From NCBI GenBank assembly GCA_949287225.1, contig CASEFP010000157.1:175-64174 (forward strand): a DNA stretch of 64,000 nucleotides. Reading direction: 5' to 3'. Made by a program: the position numbers and the translations under genes. Under the pieces are notes generated by a model. It was given only the letters and a program-made list of their open reading frames with translations. It searched no databases and was not told where the DNA came from. Shown here piece after piece: positions 63,983-64,000 of the stretch (positions within the stretch are counted from its first letter, which is position 1; each line of letters begins with the position of its first letter). This stretch comes from an uncultured Lentisphaeria bacterium (GTDB lineage Bacteria; Verrucomicrobiota; Lentisphaeria; Victivallales; UBA1829).

Positions 63983-64000
63983 CGGTATAGAAATACCGCC

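Noticed and set aside
1-64000. A search by eye for CRISPR repeats, tRNA/rRNA genes, IS elements, integrases, and toxin-antitoxin or restriction-modification-like defence genes.
   Set aside because: I found no regularly spaced repeats, no tRNA-like T-arm signatures in the intergenic regions, and no transposase, integrase or nuclease-type ORFs. The window looks like core chromosome plus glycan-utilisation loci rather than a mobile or defence island.

Overview
Gene-dense, moderately GC-rich bacterial chromosomal segment. I saw no rRNA, tRNA, CRISPR array, transposase or integrase. The gene content suggests an anaerobic, glycan-degrading member of the PVC superphylum, possibly Lentisphaerota/Victivallales-like (inference). 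The evidence is two prepilin-type DUF1559 (H-X9-DG-like) genes, heparinase II/III-like enzymes, AdhE and [FeFe]-hydrogenases. Layout: (1) 1-12.9 kb, minus strand: a LacI-family regulator, then a tightly packed operon that opens with a DUF1559 pilin-like gene and continues with two heparinase II/III-like paralogs and three unassigned cytoplasmic proteins. (2) 12.9-13.8 kb: an AT-rich, poorly coding gap, followed by a CE15-like esterase. (3) 15.3-23.5 kb: housekeeping genes rpsT and nusA-infB-rbfA-DHH(nrnA-like)-truB, plus two unassigned genes. (4) 23.7-29.6 kb: GntR-type regulator -> DUF1559 pilin-like gene -> 1290-aa LamG/CBM9-like secreted protein. (5) 31.1-36.3 kb: a sugar-type ABC importer whose binding protein is fused to one permease; the second permease carries a ~530-aa periplasmic insert; no ATPase gene is present. 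(6) 36.3-40.3 kb: an orphan pseudopilin, then a translationally coupled protease / 7TM-'inactive transglutaminase' / RimK-like ATP-grasp ligase cassette. This is my best candidate for an experimentally uncharacterised system. (7) 40.5-43.8 kb: 35-aa membrane peptide ORF, ABC exporter, HlyD adaptor. (8) 44-48.8 kb: TPR lipoprotein, DUF2271-like protein, rsfS, nadD, cca. (9) 48.9-56.8 kb, minus strand: adhE, an intrinsic terminator, then an hfs-like cluster (2Fe-2S ferredoxin, PAS-containing sensory [FeFe]-hydrogenase, PP2C phosphatase, second ferredoxin, group-B-like [FeFe]-hydrogenase). (10) 56.9-64 kb: EamA transporter, TrmB regulator, flavodoxin, alpha/beta hydrolase, GT9 glycosyltransferase, O-antigen-ligase-like protein. 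All functional calls come from motif recognition by eye; no database search was run. Start codons were refined by hand where a signal peptide, RBS or neighbouring stop codon argued for an internal start. The ORF track also uses non-ATG starts.
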